This document shows, piece by piece, positions 9,558-16,905 of a DNA stretch of 32,000 nucleotides. The notes beneath the pieces were generated by a model. It was not told the DNA's origin. It did not search any database and saw nothing but the letters and a program-made list of their open reading frames with translations. The number at the start of each line of letters is the position of its first letter. Within the stretch, counting starts at the first letter, position 1. The stretch spans positions 1,050,001-1,082,000 of the forward strand of contig OZ246396.1 in NCBI GenBank assembly GCA_965230905.1, written 5' to 3'. The position numbers and the translations under genes are program-made. This DNA comes from Candidatus Saccharimonadota bacterium (lineage in GTDB: Bacteria; Patescibacteriota; Gracilibacteria; UBA1369; 2-02-FULL-48-14).

Positions 9558-10910
9558 ATGTCAAAAGTCATCGAAACAGGTCTAAATTCTCCTACTGGTG
9601 CTGAACTTCCTACGTCTCGTTTAGTCCAAGCCCTTCCGGCTAGTGTTAAAGCGGCTTTAATGGGTTTTATGCTCAGCACGGCTGCTTGTACAAGTGAAGG
9701 AGGAGTTGATGATAAGGCTGGTTTTGAAGAAGGTGATGCCGATACTGATCCAGATACAGATCCAGAAACTGGAATGGATACTGGAACTGACACTGGCGAA
9801 GATACGGCTACGGATACTGGTGAAGATACTGCCACCGATACTGGTGAAGATACTGCCACCGATACTGGTGAAGATACTGCCACTGATTCAGGCGAAGATA
9901 CAGCTACGGACACTGGAGTAGATACTGCCACTGATACAGGCGAAGATACAGCCACTGATACTGGCGTAGATACTGGAACTGATACAGGCGAAGATACAGC
10001 TACTGATACTGGCGTAGATACTGCCACCGATACTGGTGAAGATACGGCCACTGATTCAGGCGAAGATACGGCTTCTGATACTGGTGAAGATACGGCTACT
10101 GATTCAGGTGAAGATACGGCTACGGATACTGGTGAAGATACTGCCACCGATACAGGTGAAGATACGGCTTCTGACACTGGTGAAGATACTGCCACGGATA
10201 CTGGTGTAGCTATGACCGATGGCGATTTAGACGGTTTGACGGATGAAGAAGAGGCCGTCTTAGGTACTGATGACGCTAATCCTGATACTGATGAAGATGG
10301 CTTGTTGGATGGAGACGAAGTGAGCCGAGGGACCGATCCTTTATTGGCTGATCCTGACCTCGACGGACTTTCTGATCCAGATGAATTGACTTATGGAACT
10401 GACCCGAATCTTGCGGACACGGACGGAGACGGAGTAAATGACGGAGAGGAGCTGGCCGGCGGATACGATCCTCTCGATCCAAGCGACTATCCTGGAATGG
10501 ATCTAAATGAAATCCTCACTACTACCGATGTAACGTGCGCTGCTCTGTTTGCAGACACTACTATTGCGGATTGTACGGACGTTTACATTGGAGTGGACCC
10601 TGCTGTTGTACCTAGCTTTGCAGGTGGAGTGATCACGGACCAGTACGTTGGGACCAACGCTTCCGAGGGTCACTGGACGGCTTGTGCTAAGGATTCCTTT
10701 GATAGCACGAGTGTAGTGGGCGCAACTGCAGACCGAAGTGGAACGGACCTAAGCGTAGAATTCGATGTAAGCACCTTGCTAAATGAGTTTGCTGACCTTG
10801 TGGTGTTCAAAACCGATGATGCAGGAATCACTTGCAGCGCCCTGGGAGACGCCTCAATCGTTAATCCTGAGGTGATGTATTACGCTACGGACGGAAGCCG
10901 AGTCTACTAG
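9558..10910 (+). CDS. Putative lipoprotein with 18 tandem G-E/V-D-T-A-T-D-T octapeptides, TSP3-like Ca-binding repeats and a Cys-containing C-terminal domain
   Basis: 450-aa ORF. Lipobox-like 'MLSTAAC'. Octapeptide array at 9771-10202. 'DLDGLTDEEE', 'DTDEDGLLDGDE', 'DPDLDGLSDPDE' and 'DTDGDGVNDGEE' (about 10218-10490) match the thrombospondin type-3-like DxDxDG motif. A strong terminator follows. Confidence 0.7.
   Translation: MSKVIETGLNSPTGAELPTSRLVQALPASVKAALMGFMLSTAACTSEGGVDDKAGFEEGDADTDPDTDPETGMDTGTDTGEDTATDTGEDTATDTGEDTATDTGEDTATDSGEDTATDTGVDTATDTGEDTATDTGVDTGTDTGEDTATDTGVDTATDTGEDTATDSGEDTASDTGEDTATDSGEDTATDTGEDTATDTGEDTASDTGEDTATDTGVAMTDGDLDGLTDEEEAVLGTDDANPDTDEDGLLDGDEVSRGTDPLLADPDLDGLSDPDELTYGTDPNLADTDGDGVNDGEELAGGYDPLDPSDYPGMDLNEILTTTDVTCAALFADTTIADCTDVYIGVDPAVVPSFAGGVITDQYVGTNASEGHWTACAKDSFDSTSVVGATADRSGTDLSVEFDVSTLLNEFADLVVFKTDDAGITCSALGDASIVNPEVMYYATDGSRVY
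9771..10202 (+). repeat. Tandem repeat, 24-bp unit x 18 (consensus ggtgaagatactgccaccgatact), in frame inside the 9558..10910 CDS
   Basis: Counted unit by unit from the sequence, with unit boundaries at 9771, 9795, 9819 ... 10179. Copies differ mostly at synonymous positions (ggt/ggc, act/aca/acg, gcc/gct), plus a few E->V, A->G/S and T->S changes. Confidence 0.95.
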
Positions 10911-10937
10911 TTTGGCTTACTGAAGCCACAAAACATT

Positions 10938-10974
10938 AACAGGTTAGAATCCTTGCATTCTGACCTGTTTTTTG
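10938..10974 (+). terminator. Rho-independent terminator downstream of the repeat lipoprotein gene
   Basis: 13-bp stem 'aacaggttagaat' / 'attctgacctgtt' (one G-U pair), 6-nt loop 'ccttgc', then a T-run 'ttttt'. Confidence 0.8.
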
Positions 10975-11004
10975 ATATAATTATTAGATTTGTAAATTTC
11001 CCAT

Positions 11005-11286
11005 ATGAAGACTGACCTGCAGATGCTTGAGATTGGAAACTTCGAGGACCTCGAGCACCTCATTGACCTTCTTAATCAGACCTTTAAGGGGATGAGTTAT
11101 CGCTTGGAAGCCGTGCCTTCTAAGAACGATACGTTTTTGTTCATTGAGGATCCGATTGCCGAAGATGAATACGAATGTGGGATTATTGAGAGAAAAGGCA
11201 AAAAGGCCTACGCCTACTCCAGTGCCGTGCATGAGATGATTTTAGGGGCTTACAATCGCTATTTAGAGAAAACCCAGAATTCCTAA
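11005..11286 (+). CDS. Hypothetical small acidic protein (93 aa)
   Basis: Isolated ORF beginning after the terminator, with a TATAAT-like box at ~10976. No recognisable motifs. Confidence 0.4.
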   Translation: MKTDLQMLEIGNFEDLEHLIDLLNQTFKGMSYRLEAVPSKNDTFLFIEDPIAEDEYECGIIERKGKKAYAYSSAVHEMILGAYNRYLEKTQNS

Positions 11287-11390
11287 ACAGATCTAATAAG
11301 ACTGTCCTGTCTCGCCTCAGCGGGAGCCTTTATGCTGAATCTCAACAGGCAGTCTTCCTCTGTTTAAGAATTCTGGGTTTCTTTCCATGT

Positions 11391-11445
11391 TTCTCCTGGT
11401 GGATTTGTGAAACGTAAACTATAAGGAAGAAATCCACCAGGAGAA
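11391..11445. repeat. Perfect 16-bp inverted repeat (ttctcctggtggattt ... aaatccaccaggagaa) with a 23-nt loop, core of a longer imperfect hairpin
   Basis: Arms at 11391-11406 and 11430-11445 are exact reverse complements. The flanks 'gaattctgggtttctttcc' and 'ggaaaggaaagttctggattc' extend the pairing imperfectly to about 11370-11475. Confidence 0.85.
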
Positions 11446-11485
11446 TATACAAGGAAAGGAAAGTTCTGGATTCAGATAAATCTTG

Positions 11486-11515
11486 TTGACTTACAGCGGG
11501 GTCATCTCTTATACT
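11486..11515 (+). promoter_or_regulatory. Sigma-70-type promoter candidate for rpsU
   Basis: TTGACT (11486-11491), 18-nt spacer, TATACT (11510-11515), about 22 nt upstream of the ATG at 11538. Confidence 0.45.
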
Positions 11516-11537
11516 CCCTCTGCTTTTAGAAAACTTT

Positions 11538-11759
11538 ATGTCTCATCCAGCAAATTTTTGGGTTTCGGCTGACGCTAACGAATCTTCTGAGAAGAGGGTT
11601 GCGCGCTTCAAGCAATGGTTCAACCGTTCTCGTATTGGGGACTTGGTTAAGGATCGTCGTTACAACAAAAAGAAGCTCACCTCTCGATTGGTGCGTATTG
11701 GTGCGCTGAAGCGTGAAGAATTCCGAGCGGCTCGTGAGAAGAACAAGTTCTATCAATAA
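11538..11759 (+). CDS. rpsU: Probable ribosomal protein S21
   Basis: 73-aa basic protein. 'NESSEKRVARFKQWFNRS...RRYNKKKLTSR...ALKRE' aligns position by position with the S21 pattern 'NESLEDALRRFKRSV...REFYEKPS.KR'. The similarity is moderate. Confidence 0.55.
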   Translation: MSHPANFWVSADANESSEKRVARFKQWFNRSRIGDLVKDRRYNKKKLTSRLVRIGALKREEFRAAREKNKFYQ

Positions 11760-11808
11760 GCGGACCCGAAGGGTTTGCTAGGCAAGAACGTGGCGTAGCC
11801 ACATCAAT

Positions 11809-12624
11809 ATGATACTCGGTCGGGTACTCGCCCTCGCACAAAAGGAACACCTCCGAACTGAAATGGAGGTTTTTTTAGCTCACCTTTTAGGGTGTTCACG
11901 ATTGGATTTGCTGGTTCGCTCTGAGGAGGAAGTGCCGGTGGAGAAGCTGGCGGAACTTCAAAAGGGGTGGATTCGGCTCCAGGATGGCCTCCCTGTGGCT
12001 TATTTGACCCATGAAAAGGAGTTTTATGGGGTGAATTTTTATGTGGATGAGCGGGTTTTGGTGCCACGGCCAGAAACGGAGCAATTGGTGGATTTGGTGC
12101 TGAAGCATGCAAAGAAGAGCGTTTTGGAATTGGGGACGGGAAGCGGGGCGATTGCTTGCAGTGTAAAAAAGGGAAGGCCTGAGTTGGAAGTGACGGCTAC
12201 GGACATCAGTGCAGAGGCCTTGGCTATTGCGAGTAAAAATTGTGTTCAACTTGGGGTGGGGGTGGATCTGATTCAATCTGATCTGCTCAGGGAGGTGCCG
12301 GAGCGAGATTTTGACGTTTTAGTGGCTAATTTGCCTTATATTGGCACGCAAACCCACAACTTTATTGCGGATAATGTGGATAGGCATGAGCCGCACCTGG
12401 CTTTGGATGGAGGAAGCGACGGTTTGGAGCTCTACAGCCGGCTTTTTGATGAAATTTTGAGCCAAAAGCGAGATTTTAAGTTCATTTTAGGGGAGATTGG
12501 TTTCAGTCAGGGGGTAGATATCCAAAAATTGTGCATGGAGAAGCTTCCAGCTTACCGTTTTACCCTTCTGCAGGATCTGCAGGGCTTGGATCGGCACTTT
12601 GTTCTGGAAAGAATCGAGTTTTAA
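11809..12624 (+). CDS. prmC: Release factor glutamine N5-methyltransferase
   Basis: 'VLVPRPETEQLV', SAM-binding 'LELGTGSGAIA', catalytic motif present as 'LVANLPYI' (NLPY instead of the usual NPPY). Lies directly upstream of prfA. Confidence 0.85.
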   Translation: MILGRVLALAQKEHLRTEMEVFLAHLLGCSRLDLLVRSEEEVPVEKLAELQKGWIRLQDGLPVAYLTHEKEFYGVNFYVDERVLVPRPETEQLVDLVLKHAKKSVLELGTGSGAIACSVKKGRPELEVTATDISAEALAIASKNCVQLGVGVDLIQSDLLREVPERDFDVLVANLPYIGTQTHNFIADNVDRHEPHLALDGGSDGLELYSRLFDEILSQKRDFKFILGEIGFSQGVDIQKLCMEKLPAYRFTLLQDLQGLDRHFVLERIEF

Positions 12625-12670
12625 AGTAGAATGGACTTACTTTTTAAAACTTAACTCGCTTTGCGAGCGG

Positions 12671-13735
12671 ATGATAGATAAACTTCAAAAACTGGCGGAC
12701 GAATTTGAACAGCTTGAGAAAGAGCTGGCGAATCCCGATATTTTTTCAGATCAGGAGGCTTTGCAAAAGCTTTTGGGTCGTCGTAAGGAGCTCGAAGAGC
12801 CGGTGGAACTGTTTCATAAGCTGGAGATTCAGGTCAAACGAGTGGAGGACAGCGAAGCGCTTTTGGACGACAGCGATGAAGAAATCCGTGAAATGGCTAA
12901 AGAGGAACTGAAACAGGCCAAGGATGAGGTGGGAAACTTGGAGGAAAAACTTAAATTGGCGCTGGTTCCACGCGACCCTAAAGATTCAAAAAACTGCATC
13001 ATGGAATTGCGTGCGGGAACCGGGGGAGATGAGGCGGCTTTGTTTTGCGAAGAAATGTCGCGGATGTACCTGCGTTATGTAAAAGAAAAGGGTTTTCAGG
13101 TTGAAATGATCAGCGAAAGTGCGGGCGACAAGGGTTTGAAGGAAATGATTTTTAAGGTGATTGGACCGGGTGCCTACGGTCGCATGAAATTTGAGAGCGG
13201 CGTGCACCGAGTACAACGTATACCAGAAACCGAGGCCAAGGGCCGCGTGCACACCTCGGCCGCTTCCGTGGTGGTTATGCCCGAGATCGATGAAGTGGAA
13301 ATCGACATCCGCGACCAAGATTTGCGTATAGATGTGTACCGTTCGGGAGGACACGGAGGGCAAAGCGTGAATACAACTGACTCGGCCGTGCGAATCACCC
13401 ACATTCCATCTGGTTTGGTGGTGGTGTGTCAGGATGAAAAATCTCAGCTCAAAAATAAGATCAAGGCGATGGGGGTTTTGCGATCCCGTTTGTACGCCAT
13501 GGAAAAAGAAAAACGCGATCAGGAGATGGGCGCGGCTCGGGAATCGCTTTCCGCTACTGGTGAAAGGGGAGATAAGATTCGTACCTATAATTTCCCACAG
13601 GACCGCGTGACCGATCACCGCATCAGCCAGAGCTTCAGCAATTTGCCGGGAATCATGGAAGGAGACCTCGACGAAATCATTGATTCGCTTATTTTGGAGG
13701 ATCAAACCAAGCGGCTCGAAGCAGCTTCGGAATAA
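12671..13735 (+). CDS. prfA: Peptide chain release factor 1
   Basis: GGQ motif in 'SGGHGGQSVNTTDSAVRITHIPSG'. RF1-type PxT tripeptide 'PET' in 'RIPETEAKGRVHTSAASV'. The ATG at 12671 ('MIDKLQKLADEFEQLEKEL') is the likely start rather than 12599. Confidence 0.9.
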   Translation: MIDKLQKLADEFEQLEKELANPDIFSDQEALQKLLGRRKELEEPVELFHKLEIQVKRVEDSEALLDDSDEEIREMAKEELKQAKDEVGNLEEKLKLALVPRDPKDSKNCIMELRAGTGGDEAALFCEEMSRMYLRYVKEKGFQVEMISESAGDKGLKEMIFKVIGPGAYGRMKFESGVHRVQRIPETEAKGRVHTSAASVVVMPEIDEVEIDIRDQDLRIDVYRSGGHGGQSVNTTDSAVRITHIPSGLVVVCQDEKSQLKNKIKAMGVLRSRLYAMEKEKRDQEMGAARESLSATGERGDKIRTYNFPQDRVTDHRISQSFSNLPGIMEGDLDEIIDSLILEDQTKRLEAASE

Positions 13736-13736
13736 A

Positions 13737-13964
13737 CTAGCGGAAATAGTCCATTAAATCTCCCGAATCCAATTCGGCGAGGTTTTCAAAAGCCGTTTGG
13801 GTGGCTTCGTAGATCCACCAGATACTGAGGATACTCACCAGAATAATGAGGAAAGTGGGCAGCGTATGCAGGTAAAAACGCAGCTGGCGGTCACGGCGAT
13901 TCTGGTGCATTTCTTCCTTTTGAAGGGTGACGAGTTCCTGCAGTAATTCTTCGGTAGTGGCCAT
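13737..13964 (-). CDS. Hypothetical small membrane protein (75 aa, one TM)
   Basis: ORF with the hydrophobic segment 'LPTFLIILVSILSIWWIY'. Convergent with prfA, whose stop is 1 nt away. No family recognised. Confidence 0.4.
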   Translation of the reverse strand: MATTEELLQELVTLQKEEMHQNRRDRQLRFYLHTLPTFLIILVSILSIWWIYEATQTAFENLAELDSGDLMDYFR

Positions 13965-14012
13965 GTGGATTTTTAAAGCGCCCTCAGTGTAGCAGGATTT
14001 TTTGCCGAATCC

Positions 14013-14366
14013 ATGCGCACAAAAGATTTGACTTATACTGAAAGTATGATTAAATACTGCAGCTTAACTTTTTATATGTCTGTAAACGAACTTGGACTTG
14101 GAGCTCATGAGGTGAATGTAGAAGCTTTTCCGGTTAATCCACTCGTAGTGGAAAAACCTGTGGTGGCCGACATGAATGCTGACTATTTCGCGATCTATTT
14201 TAAGCAGTTTGAAGGTTTGGGTTACGATGCCGATGAGATTATGGCCTTCGTTGCGCTTCCTGAGAATCGCAGGTTTTTGGAAGCGTTCAGCAAGGAAACT
14301 CGAACGAAGGTCTTTAGTACTTTAGCCGAACTGTCTTTTGATGGGCTTGGGAGCTGTCCTTTTTAA
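14013..14366 (+). CDS. Hypothetical protein (117 aa; start uncertain)
   Basis: ORF only, with no recognisable motifs. The internal ATG at 'MSVNELG' is an alternative start. Confidence 0.35.
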   Translation: MRTKDLTYTESMIKYCSLTFYMSVNELGLGAHEVNVEAFPVNPLVVEKPVVADMNADYFAIYFKQFEGLGYDADEIMAFVALPENRRFLEAFSKETRTKVFSTLAELSFDGLGSCPF

Positions 14367-14374
14367 GCTTCACA

Positions 14375-14403
14375 ATCCTAATGCACGCGTTTAGGATGTT
14401 TTT
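14375..14403 (+). terminator. Weak terminator-like hairpin immediately before the tatD start
   Basis: 7-bp stem 'atcctaa' / 'ttaggat' with a 9-nt loop, followed by 'gttttt'. Only 2 GC pairs, so it is weak. Confidence 0.3.
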
Positions 14404-15162
14404 ATGTGGACCGATACGCACGCACATCCGTTTGCTAAGGCTTTCTCCCAAGATAGGGAGGAGGTGATTGAGCGAGCCCGCGAAGCGGGCGTTTCCCGTT
14501 TGATTGTGGTGGGTTTTGATCACGAGACGAATCGGCAAGCACTTAAATTGGCTGAGGACTACGATTTTATGTGGGCTACTTTGGGTGTTCACCCCTGTGA
14601 GACCGGAGATTTAACGGATGAGGAATTTAAGTGGATTCGCACGAATGCGGCGCACCCGCGTGTCGTGGCACTGGGGGAGATGGGGCTCGATTATCATCAC
14701 ATGAGTTCGCCAAAAGACGTGCAGAAGGAGTGTTTTAGAAAACAGGTGCGTTTGGCTAAGGAACTGGATTTACCTTGTATTGTGCATTCGCGCGATGCGG
14801 CGGAAGATACGCTGGCTTTGCTTTTGGAGGAAGGCGCGAAGAAAGTGGTGTTTCACTGTTACAGTTATGACTTGGATTTTGCGCGGCGCGTGTGGGCGGC
14901 GGGTTATTATACTTCGTTCAGCGGTGTGGTGACGTATCCGCAGGCTCAAGCCATTCAGGAGGCCGCGGCAAAAGGACCGATCGAGCAAATACTGGTGGAA
15001 ACGGATTGTCCGTTTTTGGCGCCGCAGAGCATTCGCGGAAAACGCAACGAAATGGCCTACACCGTGGAAGTGGGGGAGAAAGTGGCTGAATTGCGCGGCG
15101 AAAAGCCGGAAGTGATTGCAGCCGCTACGACGGCGAATGCAGTGAGGCTGTTTGGGGTTTAG
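14404..15162 (+). CDS. tatD: TatD-family metal-dependent hydrolase/DNase
   Basis: 'WTDTHAHP', 'ALGEMGLDYHH', 'PCIVHSRDA', 'VFHCYS', 'LVETDCPFLAP' are the conserved TatD metal-ligand blocks. Confidence 0.85.
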   Translation: MWTDTHAHPFAKAFSQDREEVIERAREAGVSRLIVVGFDHETNRQALKLAEDYDFMWATLGVHPCETGDLTDEEFKWIRTNAAHPRVVALGEMGLDYHHMSSPKDVQKECFRKQVRLAKELDLPCIVHSRDAAEDTLALLLEEGAKKVVFHCYSYDLDFARRVWAAGYYTSFSGVVTYPQAQAIQEAAAKGPIEQILVETDCPFLAPQSIRGKRNEMAYTVEVGEKVAELRGEKPEVIAAATTANAVRLFGV

Positions 15163-16859
15163 GCGGATTCTCTAGTTTCGATGTAGACGTTAGAGGCCTC
15201 TATGGCACGATCTCTTCGTGAATTTATCGTTCGTTTTTTTGCATCTAAACATTCATGAGCTTGTTCATAGAGAGATCGTGGAAGGCAGTTGTCCGCCGTT
15301 GCAATCCATCTCAGGCCTTCATAATGAGCTCGGTCAAAGGGCGAATTTAGACCATTGATCACTTCATGTAAATCGATGGTGTTGAATTGAATCTCCAGGG
15401 TGGTTCCTAGCTCTTGTTCATCTTGAGGGTTAGCGACTATCCCCAATAGTTTTATATTTCTGAATAAAGCATTGGGTCCGTCTAAATTTTCCTCAATCGT
15501 GAATTCGCCCACTTTAAGTGGAGCCTTTTTGTTCATGGTTTTGAAATCGCGGTATTTTAAACCTGCATTCTCTCCCATGCTTTTTAAAACGGCGTAAGTG
15601 TATTGTAGGCCTCGTGAAGGGTCCTTTTTTGCCTCATCTTTGTAATAGAGGTCTTTGAGGGTTAGGTCCGGGGCCACAACGGTGCATCGTAAGTGATCTT
15701 TTATTTCTTTTGTATCTCCGTCTGGCTCCTTTGTCATGAATTTAGTCAGGATGGGATCACAGCCTTTATCGTCGAAGTCTATGAATATAAGCTTTTTTGA
15801 AAATTCGTCGAAGTCATCCAATTTGATTTTACGTGCATAATCACTAAATTTGCCTTCTTCCATGGTTACGATGTCACCCGTCTCGTTGAAACGTAAGCGG
15901 TGGTACCTAACTTCTTCGTTCGCTTTTGCGCTTTCGAAAGAGTTTTGTACGGAAGCTGAAACCGGTTCTTTTAAGTTAGTGCTACCCGCATAAGCTGGAC
16001 TGCTACGAACATTGAATGTTTCTAGTGCAAATTTAAGTAGCAATTGTGCTTCCATCCTAACCTTACTACCGTTCTTTTGATCGTACATGACTTCTAACCA
16101 TTCAAATACTGACATGGGTTGTAGATGGTGGTCGACGCTCAATTTTTTAATGGGCTGATCTGTATCCATCTCCGCTAACTCCTTATTTGCGTACTTGAAT
16201 ATTTGATCTAAAAAGGCCCAAGCTTTGGCTTTGGTTATCCTTATGGTCTTCAATGCTTCTTCTCGTGACGTTTCATGGAAGAGTCCCAGTTTCTTGCAAA
16301 AGGCTAAGGTGGCATTATCACTCGTTTTTCCAGTGATTTTAACTTTTTGATAAGCACGATAAACGTCCTCCGGAGAAAAGTTTTTATCGATCAGCTCAAT
16401 TTTTAATATGTCCGCCTGATTTAAATCTCTGGTACCGAACGTACCATTCAAGAGTAGTAACGTGCGAACTTTTTCTTGGGTGAGCTCAACTCCATTTGAC
16501 GTGAGGGAAAGTGCTTCAGCAACATCACCTACGTTTCTCCATACACCCTGTCCGTCTGGATCAATGGGGTTTGCGGCAAGCAGATGTCTTTTCCGAGGTT
16601 TTTTTAAGTCAAAACGTCTAAGCACGAGTTCTGCATACAGAGTGTGAACGCGTGATTTTATCTCATCTATCGTTGCTTCATTTTTGGCAAAAAGTTCTTG
16701 GATCAGTTCTTCTAGTGGAAGTCTAATAGGTTCTAGCTCTGCCCAAAGTTCTTTCTTGAGTTGGATGCCACGGTCAAAGGCGTCTCCCGCCTCTAAGCGA
16801 GCGTGCAGGGTGTCTAAAAATTGTAAGCTGGAAGTTTCTAAGTCGTCCTCTTGCATCAA
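15159..16859 (-). CDS. Large hypothetical protein (566 aa), no confident family; A/T-rich relative to flanks
   Basis: Long uninterrupted ORF, 46 nt downstream of radA on the same strand, with a 4-nt convergent overlap with tatD. Hand counts of three 60-nt lines give 38-45% GC, versus ~57% in one sampled line each of tatD and radA. Confidence 0.6.
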   Translation of the reverse strand: MMQEDDLETSSLQFLDTLHARLEAGDAFDRGIQLKKELWAELEPIRLPLEELIQELFAKNEATIDEIKSRVHTLYAELVLRRFDLKKPRKRHLLAANPIDPDGQGVWRNVGDVAEALSLTSNGVELTQEKVRTLLLLNGTFGTRDLNQADILKIELIDKNFSPEDVYRAYQKVKITGKTSDNATLAFCKKLGLFHETSREEALKTIRITKAKAWAFLDQIFKYANKELAEMDTDQPIKKLSVDHHLQPMSVFEWLEVMYDQKNGSKVRMEAQLLLKFALETFNVRSSPAYAGSTNLKEPVSASVQNSFESAKANEEVRYHRLRFNETGDIVTMEEGKFSDYARKIKLDDFDEFSKKLIFIDFDDKGCDPILTKFMTKEPDGDTKEIKDHLRCTVVAPDLTLKDLYYKDEAKKDPSRGLQYTYAVLKSMGENAGLKYRDFKTMNKKAPLKVGEFTIEENLDGPNALFRNIKLLGIVANPQDEQELGTTLEIQFNTIDLHEVINGLNSPFDRAHYEGLRWIATADNCLPRSLYEQAHECLDAKKRTINSRRDRAIEASNVYIETRESA

Positions 16860-16905
16860 ATATATTTTATGTTGTGTTTTATTTTAACCAGTTTTTGGCG
16901 ACAGA

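Noticed and set aside
9533-10195. 220-aa antisense ORF 'VSSPVSVAVSSPVS...' across the tandem repeat
   Set aside because: It is a mirror image of the 24-bp repeat. Any periodic in-frame repeat stays open on several frames. The sense frame has a signal/lipobox, TSP3-like repeats, a C-terminal domain and a terminator, so it is the real gene.
9771-10202. Possible CRISPR array (regular short repeats)
   Set aside because: The units are directly contiguous with no unique spacers, are only 24 bp long, and sit in frame inside a CDS. It is a coding tandem repeat.
11809-13735. Alternative genetic code, or a missing release factor, suggested by the lineage
   Set aside because: All well-supported genes read through cleanly with the standard code. 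TAA, TAG and TGA all appear as terminators: for example TGA ends 29383..29613, and I read the complement of TGA at the end of the 23239..23838 lipoprotein gene. RF1 (PxT = PET) is present, and absence of RF2 cannot be judged from one window. The prmC 'NLPY' variant and the prmC-before-prfA order are minor.
15159-15600. Calling the 566-aa protein a RelA/SpoT-type (alarmone synthetase-like) nucleotidyltransferase
   Set aside because: Only an 'EIQ..T...H..Y'-like block is visible. The upstream R-x-K, D-x-x-G-x-R and G-Y-x-S-x-H motifs do not align in register. It is kept as a hypothesis to test, not as an annotation.
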